Assembly: GCA_051530055.1 (NCBI GenBank)
Contig: CM121341.1
Location: 15,974,784 to 16,038,783, forward strand
DNA from: Neoechinorhynchus agilis
Taxonomy: Eukaryota > Animalia > Acanthocephala
Length of the DNA stretch: 64,000 nucleotides
Direction: 5' to 3'
Part shown: piece by piece, positions 36,229-49,521 of the stretch
How the letters are laid out: each line of letters starts with the position of its first letter
Numbering within the stretch: position 1 is the first letter of the stretch
Translations under genes and position numbers: made by a program
The notes under the pieces: generated by a model
What the model was told of the DNA's origin: nothing
Seen by the model: only the letters and a program-made list of their open reading frames with translations
The model's database searches: none

Positions 36229-39200
36229 TCATTTAGATTCTTTTTTTGGAGTTTCGGCGTTTGATACTGCCTTAACTATTTGACATGCTTCTTGAGCAAT
36301 AATTTCCGGCGACAATAGGGTGACATAGTATTGGAAAGTTCCTATTTTCTTCAGAACGCATGGCTGGTGGTAGACAACGTTTTCTTGTGCTTTAACAGGT
36401 CGACTAAATCCGGATTTAGATTGAGTGAATGGTGAAAATTACAGTGAAACGTACGAAAGATTAACAATTTTGCTTAAAGAAGGTCCTTCGATTGCCAAGA
36501 GACACCCTCTGAGATTTTTATGGAAAGGATTCCTTATATTGACTGCAAGTTGAAACGTCTTTTCGATTTCTGTTTCAGTTGGCGTTGAGTCCTTAAAGTA
36601 CAATGCTAGTGATCGAAAAGAAATCGGATTTAACATACAAAATAAAGGACCTTATGTGCATCAAACTGAACATTGCAACTGAAGGCCTGAATTTGTTTAG
36701 AATCTTCGTCCACAACTTGTATGTAAGCTTTCAAGTAGTACTCCTGCGGAAGTTTTCTCAGATAATCTTCTGCTCTCAGTTTAATGTTATGAACTTTGGC
36801 TAAACGCAAACAAGATATATTGTAGTTATATTGGACGAGGCAGTTACTTACTTTCGGATTCAGTCAGTGAAACGGTTTGTTCAAAACGTTTACAGGGGCG
36901 GCGATTTCCGGTATGGCAACTTTCGAATAAGATATCAGTAAACACTTTGACAGATTGAGGTTCCTTTGTAGTGTTTTCAAATTTAAGTGACAACACTACA
37001 GTATCTCCCTTTTGAACATCATCCGGAGGCGTAACAATAACGTTTACGTCGTTTTTTTCCTTCTTGGCCAAAAGACTTTGGATTTCGTTGAGTTTTGCAG
37101 AAGCGGGCAACTCTACAAAATAAATGAATAGCATTAGAAAGTGCAAAAACCTTTAAGTTTATAAGATTCAAGAAGACATTCGGGATTGTTGGATCCTTTC
37201 GCTTTTGTCACAATCTTTGTTCCGATTGAAGATACCTCCATCGCTGAATTTTCATATAACACATTAATACACGATAAGATGATTTCTCTGACACTCACAC
37301 ACTGGGACCACATCTCCGGTTTTCTTGATTTGCCAATGTACGATATATCCATTAGCTATAGAAGCGAATAAAGCAGTATCATATGCAACGGATAACTTCC
37401 CGGCTGAGATGGCTTTTACTGGGGCTGGTCCTAGTCTATAAAGGCCTTGATAACATTAAAATATGTAAGTTTTTATCGCTGGAATTATTTGTGTACTTAC
37501 TCTCAGCACCTGTATGAGCGGAACAATCAAGTGCTTGCCAGCCGTCCAAGTCCGGAGATAAGTCCGGTCGCTTTAGCCAAATCTCGTTCCAGGTGTGGTA
37601 TATTCTGCAGCAGTGATGAACATCTCACAAAAAGATATTCAATTCTTTTTTACCTGGAAGTATGCGTATTGAATTCGTTTGCGATCGAGTGCTGCGTATT
37701 CCAATGAACGTCTAGAATTCCCTCTGGAAGTGCCCCGACCACAGCATTGTAGCATGTGACCACCCGGCACGGAATTCCTAGTGCTCGGCTAACTGTACAG
37801 AATCTTAATGTTAAGAAAATCGAAACCTTATTGGCAGATCTATGCTCTGACTGTAAACGCTAAGCTACAAATTCGAAATCTAGAAATTTTCTTTTGTTAA
37901 AACTTGAGAAGCATTCCCACCATCTATACTTCTTGAAATTTGAAGCAAAGAGAACTAGATAAAGGTCTATTTAGAAGTTAGAGCACGGTCTGAACTAATA
38001 ACATTAATGTACTCACAGGTGCAGTAGATCGCTGCAAATATCCATTCCGATCCATATTTTACTGAGTCGCCGCGCTGTTGAAGGAGCTTGTTGAGGATTG
38101 AAACGCTCCCTGGCCATTGATGAGGTGTAAGTCCAGGCTGGCTAGGTTTGTACACTTCAAAAGCTCCACGATCATTAGCATTAATCTTTACGAAGATAAT
38201 GTTATATTCTCTAATATCTAACTTACTAGTGCAGCCAAAGAACGCGAAACGATTAGCGGATTATCGAAATATTCGATTGGAAGACCAGCCTTCTCCAGAA
38301 ACCAGAAAACAATTTCAATAATTCCATGCTCAAACTGTCCATAGTGCCACAATCTATCTCGTGGGTGCAAGTCGGAGCCAACAAACACCACGCCGTTTGT
38401 GTTCAGAACGTACTCTGCAATATCATCTTCGTTTGGCATGTGCGTAGCATCATCCTTATGCCACGGATTAAATAGAAGATAAAGCTCTTCTTTACATTGA
38501 AAAAGAATTGCTGGATTCTCATCGACTTGAGTCCTAATGGCGAGTTTGTATATCCCAATACGAGCATTAACTGATGGTGTCAATTTTAATTTTATATTAT
38601 AAGAGTGGTCTTTCCCTTCGAAATCTCCATCAGGAATTCTAGCCAGTGTCCATCCAAATGATTTTGATTCTCCCGACACTTGAACATCGAGCTTAATCAG
38701 CGTACCTTTTGATAATATCGGTTTTGAACCTGTAAAGTAAATACAAAGTATATTTTTGTTCACTTCAATACACATTAATTACGGACAAATATATTTTAAA
38801 TTCGTTATCGTCTTAGAGGGCAAATCAGTCAGCTTTAATTGATTTATTTATAAAATCTAGTTGACTTGTGCATTGAGACAGCAATCATCCTGTATAATTT
38901 TAGTCATTAAACAGCTTTAATTTACCGACTAGAAACATTGCAGCCAAGTCAATTAGTGTCAAGACCATGATTCTCAAATAGTTTTTTAATCAACGAAGTC
39001 ATCTTTTACCATATGTTTGCTTGACCAACCGTTTAGGGAAATTATGGACCGAAATTATGAACTAATTATTTAACATCCGCGTAATGACAATATCCCAATG
39101 AGTATCAATTCTACTTAAGGGTGCGGTGTTACTTACCGGAAGCAACAAATAAAGATATTTTGTGTTTTTGTGGATCGTATTTCTGTAAAAGTCGAACTGT

Positions 39201-39467
39201 AAGAGTGATAGGTTGTCCTCGTCTGTACAGGGCCTCGAGATGATCAAAGACGTCAGTATGGTGTGCCACCTTTGAATCAAAGTCATGCAAATCAAGATTC
39301 AATGCAGGAAGGAAGTGCGAAGTTTTTGCATCAGTTGGTTTTTCAGGCAATTCTTTTTCTTCATTTTTAATTTCCTTTGTTTCTTTTTCCATCGGTGTAG
39401 ATGTTGATGGTTTGACTTGTGCTTCGCTGACTTTGCTGTCGGTTGGACTCGGTTCTAAATGCGGCAT
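36229..39467 (-). CDS. Transglutaminase-family protein, predicted catalytically inactive (about 11 exons)
   Basis: HHT..YRRGQ, LYLLFNPW, EYVLN, WHYGQFE, WPGSVSIL, KYGSEWIFAA, RALGIPCRVVT, YHTWNEIW..RPDL...GWQALD and C-terminal beta-barrel exons; introns are canonical GT-AG, mostly 38-55 nt. Confidence 0.9.
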
Positions 39468-40149
39468 TAAACAGTTCGCCTAATGAGCTCACTTTGCAAA
39501 AGGTACTTAAGTACCTGAATCAGTGACAAGGTCTTTCTCTAAAAGGCAATGTCAAGGGCAACGACTCTTTTTCTTCATTACTTACTCATGTCTTTTTTGT
39601 GTTCAAAAGGGGGCAACGAGATGCAAACGAGTACGCAAGAGCAACGATGTCGAACCTTATATCGTACGTTCTCTCACAACCAGATAGAGATGATGCATCG
39701 AGCTTTGTTCAATTTTACGTTTTTCTTTTCATGTGCACCGTTTCCGCTAACATTTCCTCAAAGGCGACCAGACGAGAGGGGTGTGGCGGCAATGAGTAAT
39801 CGCAGCAACCAAAAACAACCGGAAACGTTGACATGAACTAAAAAAGAGGTGACAGTGTGTTCGTTTATAAGAACAGATTGAACTCAAGACTGTCTAAGTG
39901 AAAAATAAATGCGCATTTGCAGATGATTACAAAGGATATATGCACTACTGATTCATTTAAAAGCTAGCAACCCACCCTGCAGCGAAGGCATGTAACTGGT
40001 TAGTGAATACTTTAAACTTTGAAAACGACGTTGACGAACAACTACATCTTAATCGTTAGTTGTATGCGGTTCATTAAACAAATCATTCAGAACTCAAGGT
40101 TATCCAATTTAAAGTCAATTCAAATTACGCATTAGACAGGTGTTTTCAA

Positions 40150-40760
40150 TGCCACAAACTAAGAACTGCTTACAGCACCATTTGAAAGGGATCGATGTGG
40201 GTCTTTGGTTGATGCTTTCGGGCGACACGGTTCCGTCTGCAGAAGGTCAGGAGGAAGGTTCTCACGCCATTCTGAAATCAATAACGCAATTTCTCGGGCG
40301 TTGAGAACGGCGAACTTCCCGAACATCCTGGAACCCGCCCACATTTGTCGACTAGACGACCGTAGGCCCGATGGAATTTCGGTCTTCCCGTGGCGGGAGG
40401 GCAAATACCTTCTCTGGGACGCCACTTGTGTGGACACTCTCGCAGCCAGCAACATCCCCTACTCCCTCGAAATCGCCGGTGGTGCCGCCAGTGCAACGGA
40501 AGGGAGGAAAATACGGAAATATCTTCACTTATCGAGGGCTCACTATTTTGTCCCCTTTGGGGTGGAGACGTATGGAGCGCTCGGCAGCTCGGCACTCTCT
40601 CTGCTCCAGGATCTCTCGAAGAAATTGAGAGGCAACCGGAGACTCAAGAGCAGGCGTATTCCTTCGACAAAATATCTCGCTGGCAGCACAACGAGGCAAT
40701 GCTGCCAGCGTGATGGCGACGGTCGAGGAAGGACAAAGCTGGAATTTGGCGGGAGGTGGT
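40150..40760 (+). mobile_element. CRE-like RLE domain fragment
   Basis: GRHGSVC..RHSEINNAISRAL..EP..DDRRPDG..PWREGKYLLWDATCVDTLA..PFGVETYG. Confidence 0.9.
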
Positions 40761-40869
40761 GAGTGTGCTTCAAACAGATTGTTTGAATTGTTAAATATGC
40801 CAATAAAAAAAGAAACTATTTTCATTTTTGAATTAATCATAAGTACGACCAATGAGTTAAAGATGCTTA

Positions 40870-41170
40870 TTTGTAGAGGACAAAAGTTCACACCGCGACC
40901 CAAATGGGAGATCACCATTTCTGGATGCACTGATCACAAAAAAATGGAACACGAATGATCACATCAATCTACAGGAAGCCCCCTGAAACGAACCATTATA
41001 TACTTTGGAATAGTGCCATAATAGAAAGCGGGCATGAACAAGCAACGGGATTACGAGCTATCCAAGAGCAATCGACCATAACCATGCGCGCGCTTTAACA
41101 TATTAAGCATTTCACTTCTTTTTTTAGAACTGATGATGAACCCAAAGAGGTTCGAAACGCATTCAATAGA
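40870..41170 (+). mobile_element. Penelope-like fragment with hammerhead-like motif at 41125..41165
   Basis: PFLDALIT..ITSIYRKP; CTGATGA at 41130-41136, stem II GAACC/GGTTC, GAAA at 41154-41157; the U16.1 position reads C. Confidence 0.65.
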
Positions 41171-41578
41171 GCTTTCTCTACAGGGTGAAGAACTAAACAA
41201 CAAAATCAATAATATCGTATTTGTTGTATTTATAGCGAAAACTTTTTTTGATTTTGAGAGCGGATCGCCCGTTCAATCGCATACACGAAACGGCAAAGCT
41301 CTGTTTTTGAATTTGATACAGAGCAATAATTAAGATACTTAAAACGAACGCTGTCGATGGATTAATGGCCAGTAAAACGTAATTATTGCTAAATTCTTTA
41401 GAAGCAGGAACTACATTTACTTACTCCTTGATGGAGCTTATCAGCATGTTCGCGTTTGTCTGATTATTTTACCGACGGAATATCAGCCTCCTCGATTGTT
41501 TCCTATACGCGGCTAACCCTCGTTTCCCGACTAAACGTACAGCCTTAAAGCTAAATGGGCAAATTATTATTTTTCACA

Positions 41579-44500
41579 TTATTCCTTATCCTCCTTTTCT
41601 TTTTCGTCTTTTAGATCTTTGTGCTGTACCAACGGTGTAGGTGCTGGTGTAGCGCCTCGACTGATCAAACCCGTCATGCCGACTATACGTTGATCGGTGA
41701 TCCTTGCGAAAAAGTCATCTAATGTATTGTAGCTCAGATTATTTTGTAGAACCCTTAGGTTTAAAGTTAATGGCTTTCCGTTCACTTGAGCGCTTGTACT
41801 TTTTGACGTCGGTTCAGTAGGAAAGAGATTGTATCTACCACTTGAAGTTTTTGAGTTCGGAGGCATACTATGTCGGTGTGAAGCGAAGATTCGACTTTTA
41901 TAGTCAGACATTGAATTAAATGTTGAATACACATTCGATGAGTGCTGTAATGGGATTGTGAGTAGAGTTTGAGATTTTAAATGAGCAGAGCTAGCCTCTG
42001 TTTTTGGCGTTTGCTGGACTTCGTCGCTCGATTCTACTTTTTCTTGTTGGCTTCGCTTGGAAAGATCAGTTTGCGAACTAGTCCTTCGAGCAACTTCTTC
42101 GCCCTCCTGTTTCTCAATCGGTGTAAATAAAGCGCTATAGCTTAGTTCATCTCGTACGGCGATGGCCCCTGCTGATAAAAGGTTGCCTATGCCACCCCTG
42201 ACGCTTGATCGCGACTGTTGTCCATTTCCACTGGACTTTAGGCGTATCTCTGGCTGTTCAGTTGGGCTCCCCTGAGAGACTATTTGAACAACATCACTGA
42301 CTCCTGGACTAAAGTGTATTTCTATTTCAGCGGTGACACTTAAAAACAAAGAACCCGTGTTTTGCGGAAACCTAAAAAGGATCAACGCTGAGTACGTGAA
42401 AGCGATCGTCCGGTGTTGTCGGTTCAGGATCTTCGAACAACATAATTACGATTTGCGTAAGAAATCCTAGCTCAGGAGAGTTTCCTACTTGATCGATAAC
42501 TTGTTGAACTCGTTCGTCACTATCCTTAAAAATTATAGTTACTGATGATTAGTCGCTTTAAATTTTAAAAGTAGAATGCAAAGGTTGTTAACTTCGCCGA
42601 AAATAATTGCAATTCGTTTAAGGCAAATTTATCTGTCAATGGATTTTAAGAATGTATCACGGCAAACAACTCTAGATTCAGCAGAAAAATTAGAAAACAA
42701 GAATAGCACACAACATACCTTAAATAGGTCACCATGTACCAAAATGTTGACCAATGAATATACGTGACTTTCACTAGTGAAATACAAACGAGTTCTCACA
42801 TGCCTGCTTGGTGTCTGAATTCCTCGAGTTGACCTTAAAAGTGGATTTAAACAATAAGCAAAACTAAAGTTGAGTGCGATTTTGTAAGAGAATTAGAAAA
42901 GCATTCACATGGCATGCAGGTAAATGCATACCTCTCCTCCATTGTGAGTTTTCTGAAAATATCGCATAGAAAATGTTCCACGCAGAAACTTTCTACTCAC
43001 CTTAAATCAAGTCTATTTGTAACCTCATCCTGCGAAGAGTCTTCCTTTTTGTCATCAGAACCTGAAATGTATACCTCATCGCGTTCATACTCTTCTTCGC
43101 TTTCAACAACTCGTCTTAGATCCATTCTAATTTTGTTGAGCAACGGCGATATGATCCCTCGTGCAATCGCTAACTTATCTTCTCGTGTTAGACCATATTC
43201 CTAGATTAGAAATCATTACATTGTGTTATTAGTAAAGGAGACACTGTACCTGAGGAACGATGATTCCTGAAAGAAGTCGGCTAAGTTTCAATAAGGTATC
43301 CGCTTTCGGAAACTGAATAATTTTCTGGTTGTGAGCACAGTCATATCGAATATTGTCATAAATAACTGCCACTTTACTAAAATCAAAGCGGTCCTTGTTT
43401 TTATCGTAGAAATCCTTTTCCAGCTTAGCCCAGCGTCTCAGTACCAACTCCCATGACTCCCCGTGATACAAGCTTTGACCTTTAGAAATCAACATGGATG
43501 GTAATTGCCAGCTGAAAAAGAAAATGCATGGTTTTTGAGACTTTACGTGACCAACAAATTCTCAAAAACAATTAAAGCCGTTAAGAAAAACTTACGATAG
43601 ACGGTAGAGTCCGTAATTTTGTGACGAATAAGATTAATCATTTCCTGCACACATTGATGAATCTCCTTGCATACTTTAAGCGGATTTTCTAGAGATTTGA
43701 GTCGTTCCATGAGTCCTTGTTGTTTTGTAGGAACAATCATTTGGATATCTTCGTCAGTAAGAACTCGATCTACTGATAATAGTTTCGTCAATTTTTGTTT
43801 AATCGATTCAGATATCCTCTGTGAATTGACATCGTCATCGAGTAGACCGTTTGTATTGGCACTTTTGACCATTTGGACTAGAATTGGAGCAATCGATCCT
43901 TCAAGGGCCAGCAAGCCCTTTGCAAAGGCAGCAGCTGTCATCTGAACTCTACCTTCATCCGAAGCGTAAATTTTCAAATCGTGTCGATATGTTGAATGAA
44001 GTCTGAGGAGACCAAAATCACTTGAATTAGGGGGAACAGATCCCATTGCTTTTCCTGGTTCTGTGATGTTGACTTCACTTGGAGTTTCATCATTCGGTTC
44101 AAATGTGATTCGCTCGCCGATATCCGTCTGCCCGGCTCGCTTACCTGCAGCACCACTAGGGTACATTCTTCTAAAGGCTTTTCCGAGATCGGTAGCGAGT
44201 TCTCTGCCCCCTTGGGTAATTTCACCACCCCATTTAAGCACCAGCAATAGTCCCGTTTTAAGTTCTGATGTATCCGGACTCGATTCTACCGATTCAGTGG
44301 AAATATCATTTTTCAAAGCAACTCGCTTTATCTGTACTTTTCGTGTTATCCCGCAAAAATGACCATACATCTCAAGCACTGATTTCAATTGTACAAGTTT
44401 AGCTTCCTTTTCTTGGGGCGGGTTTGGATTGCCGTCTCGCAGATGCTGTAAAAGAGTTCGGGCAATGTCAAGAAGTTCCTATTGTTAAATATAGCGTCAA

Positions 44501-46399
44501 GGCAGATAGAAAAACGTAGAAAACGCTAACCTGTAATACACTTGGTTCTTTAATCTTCACTTCACTTCCAATCTTATCTGTGCCGCCTAATTTCGTGTAC
44601 ATGTCCACTAGCCTAAGAGCGATTAGGACTGCATTAGGGTTTTCAAAACCGATAATATGTTGTTCTCTGGTAATTCAGCTTGTTCGAATCGGTAATTGGA
44701 TAAAGGAGGGAAATGACTAATTTCCCTAATTTTAAAATGAGGTAGATATACCACCAGATTCTCAGCAATTCAAATAAACAAACTCACAAAGGATGTGATA
44801 TCTCCATTTTCATTTTTTGTTTAGGCGTCCTATCACTATGCCTCACAACCGAAATAACACATCTTAACTCCATCCTAAATGAAGAATTTATCGATAAAAT
44901 GTCTAATAGTGAGTGAGTACATACACTGTGCCGAGCGTAGTAGCGACCATCGCATGATCATCCAATTGACTTCCAATGCTCAAAAGAATTTGAGGTCGTG
45001 GTACAAACGGTCTGAGCATCATATTCCTAATATAAGACATGTTATGCATTATTCTCATGTTCATGATTAAACGATTTAATAAGGACAAGCACTGCGAGGT
45101 TACATCTAGATAAATTTATGGGTATTCCTCGAATCGAATACTATTTAAAGCTCGTTTCGCGTCCATAAATAGAATAGCCCGTTCCAAGTCGGTATAAAAA
45201 TTCAAAAAATCATTCACTTACCCTAGAATCACGGCACAATCATCGTAGTATTTTGTTGAATTTTTCACAAAACTGAAACCGTTTACATCACAGACATAAG
45301 ACTTTCCGCGCGTTCTTAATAAATCAAAACCACAGACGGTTTGCTACAATGGAAGTGTTCTATCGTAAAATCAAGAGAAATGTCTTGTTTAAAAATAACC
45401 TTGAATGTCAGTGAGATCAATCGGGCTATATTCTTTTCGTACGACCTGAGGATAATAGGATGTCGGACCTCTTTTCCATATGGATCACGTTCGACTCGCC
45501 CATCAAGAGCGGGAGATTTCCGAGCTTCGGCATGTGCGTAATCCGGACCAACGGTGTAAACCTTCGAAAAGGATTAAATGTCTAAAATTCATGGATCAAT
45601 GTATTAGTACCTTCACATCAATCCCATCGGTCGGCATGAATTCTTCATAAATATACGAACCGTCTGTTCTCATTGTGCTAATTTCGCTAAAGCAGCTACT
45701 TCGACATCCAATCTGCAAAAATAGCGAGCACTCAAGAATAATCTTCTAATACCGCATTACCTTTCGAAATAGCCGCTGGCATCCACCTCCAATCGAACTT
45801 TGAAAATAAACGTAAATATTGTGATCTTCGGAGCTAATGGGTTTCTCCACAAATGGCTTTGACAAGATCTTTCCATCAATCTCAATATTGTCATCGGTCA
45901 TAACCACCGGTTTTTCGCGATGGCTCACAATGTATCTTGGATGAGGAATGTTGCTCTTTTCGAGCATTTCGAATATGGTTTTCCGACTCAGCATATTAAA
46001 TTGAATATCCACATCGTTTATAACTAATGGTTTATTCATCCTTATATAGTCTCGAGCTTTCTCCAGTGGAAATCCTGACGAGTAGAACGAAATGAAGCAC
46101 GTGCATTTAGGCCACATTTCGACTGGCAACCAAAGAATAAGAGGTTCTGGAAAAACCAGAAGCTCAAGATTTTGGAAGTTGGTTAATCTAATCAGAATCT
46201 CTTCCATGGGTTTCGAAATCACCTTCTTTTCCATTGCACAAATACCCACGACCACTTTAGATGATCCAAATACCGGTTCTTTCCAAGGGTGAAGGCCATA
46301 TGAGGAGCAATTTGTAATGTTTGTTTGACATGCTTGGTAGCAATAGTCTTTGGAATGTTCAGAATTCGATATCTCTAACTTTTTACTCGTTTCAATCAT
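41579..46399 (-). CDS. PPIP5K: Inositol hexakisphosphate/diphosphoinositol-pentakisphosphate kinase (VIP1/PPIP5K), multi-exon
   Basis: [122 protein letters not shown]. Confidence 0.96.
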
Positions 46400-47653
46400 T
46401 AGGACAATAATCTTAAAACTAGATTAGACATCGGTAATTGTAAAGACAAGAAAGTCAGACAAGGCCTAAAAGACGAATGAATGAGCAATTGCAACACGGC
46501 GTTCCGAGGAAGTAAGAAAGGGGGTTTTACAAAGAATTTCGTGAGGTTTATCAACGCTAATGAATGAACCAATATCAAATACAAAATATGCTATACGAGT
46601 ACTCAAGACAATAAGCGAATCCCTATGGGATTTTCAGCGCAAAATTGGCACAACACCCAATAGCTTTTTGCCGCAAACTGGCTGCACCTTGGGCCGTCCT
46701 TCAAGCATTCTTAAATCTTCCGTTTATCATTCGATCAACAGATATTAGAGTATTATCCCAGTGGTTCAAATAAGCAGTTGATATCGCCCTAAAGTGCATC
46801 AAAAATACGCATTAATTTATAACACTCAATTTTTCAAATGTTAAAACACAAGATTGAGATATCTTGGCTCTCATGAAAGCATCTTGGAAACTATCCGTCT
46901 CCTAGACTACAAGACAAGCGACATGGTGGCCACAATGAAATCGAATGCTCAACTTAACTGAAAAACCAAAGAAATGAGTAAGTGCAGAAATGCCTTTTAA
47001 AAACGCCCACACAAAAATACTGGGTGGAAAACATTCGTTAAATTCTATGCAGTTTGTATGAATAGAGCGCTTAAATTTACGCTTAACCAACCCAAAAGGG
47101 AACGTAACCTAAGGCTAGAAGCAACCATTGTGATTGGTTATAGGAACTTTTGACACAGACTTAGATAGCAAGACACAGAAAACGTTCAAGACAATTTATC
47201 ACAAATTAGATATAGGACAAGAACGTGATTTCGAAATAATGAGAGCGTTTAAAAGGCCTCACTTATTTTTTCACATATTGGGAAATAGCTAGAATTTACA
47301 GTAGAAAACATTTTCTTTTGAATTAGGGCGAGCAATTCTTGTTCAGCTCATGGGATTGCCAAAAAGTGTTGTTTCAACCACCATCAATAAAATTTTGAGA
47401 CTTTTTACGCACTCCCCCAAACCGCTACCAAGTCAACGAGTAACATTGAAGATCGATTAGAATCACATGAACCATTACTACTTCAAAATGAACGCTTTGT
47501 GCGACTTCTTGCACCCATCTACGCCCGAAAACATCCGCCTTCACTTATTCCCGAATACACAAATACATGACGTCAACTTACATTCTTCCGTGTACAGATA
47601 TCCTCCTTGGCACAAGTCGCGCCTACACTGAAGTTCGGACTTTAGACGTCAAA

Positions 47654-48526
47654 ATGACTGAGCACACTGACAATGGTATGGTAAAGCAAGACGATGAGGT
47701 CGACCGCGTTGAGGAGTTTACTCGGGAGCAGCTTCTTCTAAAGGTAAAAGCGCAGCAGTCGTTAATCGAGAGCTTGATCGGTAGGCGAACCAGTGGCATA
47801 ATAGCGGGGAATGTCACAGAAAACGAAAAACGCCTAGCCCGTTGTAGGCACCAACGTGACGTCCTGGCGTACAAAATGGCTCTTAAAAATAAACAAATTG
47901 AAGAGCTGACAAGTCAACTTGATGAATTGCGCAACCGTAAGACTCTTGTTGATCCTTGTGTCCAAGGCGCGATTGAACGAATGCGTTCAGAGGTCGAAGA
48001 GTGCCGGCGATCTCGCCAAGCTGCTCTCGATGAGGTTGAAGCTAAGAAGTTCGATTCCTCAAGTCAAATAGGTCGATCGTTGATCGAACAATGTACTAAA
48101 TTGATGGAAGAAAATGATCGATTGAACAATGAGATGTCGGAACAAGTTGGGTCGGACACAAGTATTCAAATATACCGAGAGATTGTGGGGACTTTGAAAG
48201 CTCAAATTCGAGGTCAGCAAGCAATGTTAGTTGATCTGGACGACGAACTCGAAATGTTAAGCTCTGCATGTCGCGTTCTAAACAAGGCTAAAGTTGAGCT
48301 GGAGTTGAAGAACGAAGACGACGGTGTTAAGCGCGAGCAGGCTGAAAGGTCGTCTCCAGCGCGAGGTGGAGACGATGAAGTCTTCGATTATGATGAGATG
48401 GTTGATGTTGTTACTCTTAGCGCGCCCCAGATTGACGATGCACTTTCTCAGGCGTCCCCACCTCCAAAGGAAAGAACAACAGTGGCTCTCAAGAATTTAA
48501 ATTCAATCTTGTTTTCGTCGGAGTGA
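47654..48526 (+). CDS. WTAP: m6A writer adaptor WTAP/Fl(2)d/Mum2, intronless
   Basis: LVDPCVQ..IERMRSEVE..AKKFDSSSQIGRSLIEQCTKLMEENDRL parallels WTAP MVDPAIN..AWKFTPDSQTGKKLMAKCRMLIQEN; coiled-coil composition. Confidence 0.85.
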   Translation: MTEHTDNGMVKQDDEVDRVEEFTREQLLLKVKAQQSLIESLIGRRTSGIIAGNVTENEKRLARCRHQRDVLAYKMALKNKQIEELTSQLDELRNRKTLVDPCVQGAIERMRSEVEECRRSRQAALDEVEAKKFDSSSQIGRSLIEQCTKLMEENDRLNNEMSEQVGSDTSIQIYREIVGTLKAQIRGQQAMLVDLDDELEMLSSACRVLNKAKVELELKNEDDGVKREQAERSSPARGGDDEVFDYDEMVDVVTLSAPQIDDALSQASPPPKERTTVALKNLNSILFSSE

Positions 48527-49521
48527 ACAACCCTCAAGTATTCTTTTTCTCTTTATATAACTTAAGGCGTCAAAGTTTTTCCCGATTTTCAACCTGGTCG
48601 ATATTGGTCTTATTTGCTTGGATTTAAAATGTGTCCATTGCGATTCAAAGTGTTCAGTTGATTCTACAATCACTGAGGTCATTTATGTACACCATTTGGC
48701 TGATGGATTCTGTCATTCCCGTTTTCGTTGCAACCTTATATTAAATGCAACGTTCAAAAACGTGAAAACTTTTCTAAAGCAGTGTACATTGGAGATTTAA
48801 ATGTCTTAGAATGATGTCAAATTTACAGAGTAAGCGTTTGGTGTTTTGAATGACGTCACATTGACGCCAGTACGTAATTATGAGATCAAGGCGATCCTAT
48901 TTCCTTAAATGTAGGTGATTTTGCTCATATGAATGCAGATACTGTTCAAGGTGCCGCGAACTAATCATCAAACGCTATCGTCAAGTCCAATCGTATTTCA
49001 ACGGAAATGGAATTTTGTCCAGTAGTCTGCTGAAACAATGCTCTATATTTGGACTTTAGAACCGTTCAATGGTGTAAAACAGCAATCTCGAGACTCATGT
49101 TGGGCGTTGTTTATAGCGGCATTAATGTAGTTGACGGCGCCTTGAGTTCAGCATAAATTGCTCTGGCCAATGAGCAATGTAAATAATGTGTTATCAGGAT
49201 TTAGAGCTTAATGCATAAGCTCGAGTTTTTTAGATACGACAAGGGTGATCGAACAATTCTAGTCAACAAGAGGTGTTCTCTTTCTGTAAGAGATACTTAG
49301 ATCATCAAGGCCACGTTGAGTTACGATTATTATGTTCAATGTGCTAAGTGGAGTCTTAGTACCTCAATCTTAAGCTAATCGATGCGATGTTCAAGAGCAG
49401 GCGTTGAATTTTGTATAAATATTGGGCGGCATATCGATGGCATGGTATTGTATTTTGAGAAGTTTAACTGGGAGAAAAATACCAGAGTCAAGGTGGGAGG
49501 AGAAACTTTTAACAAAGACAT

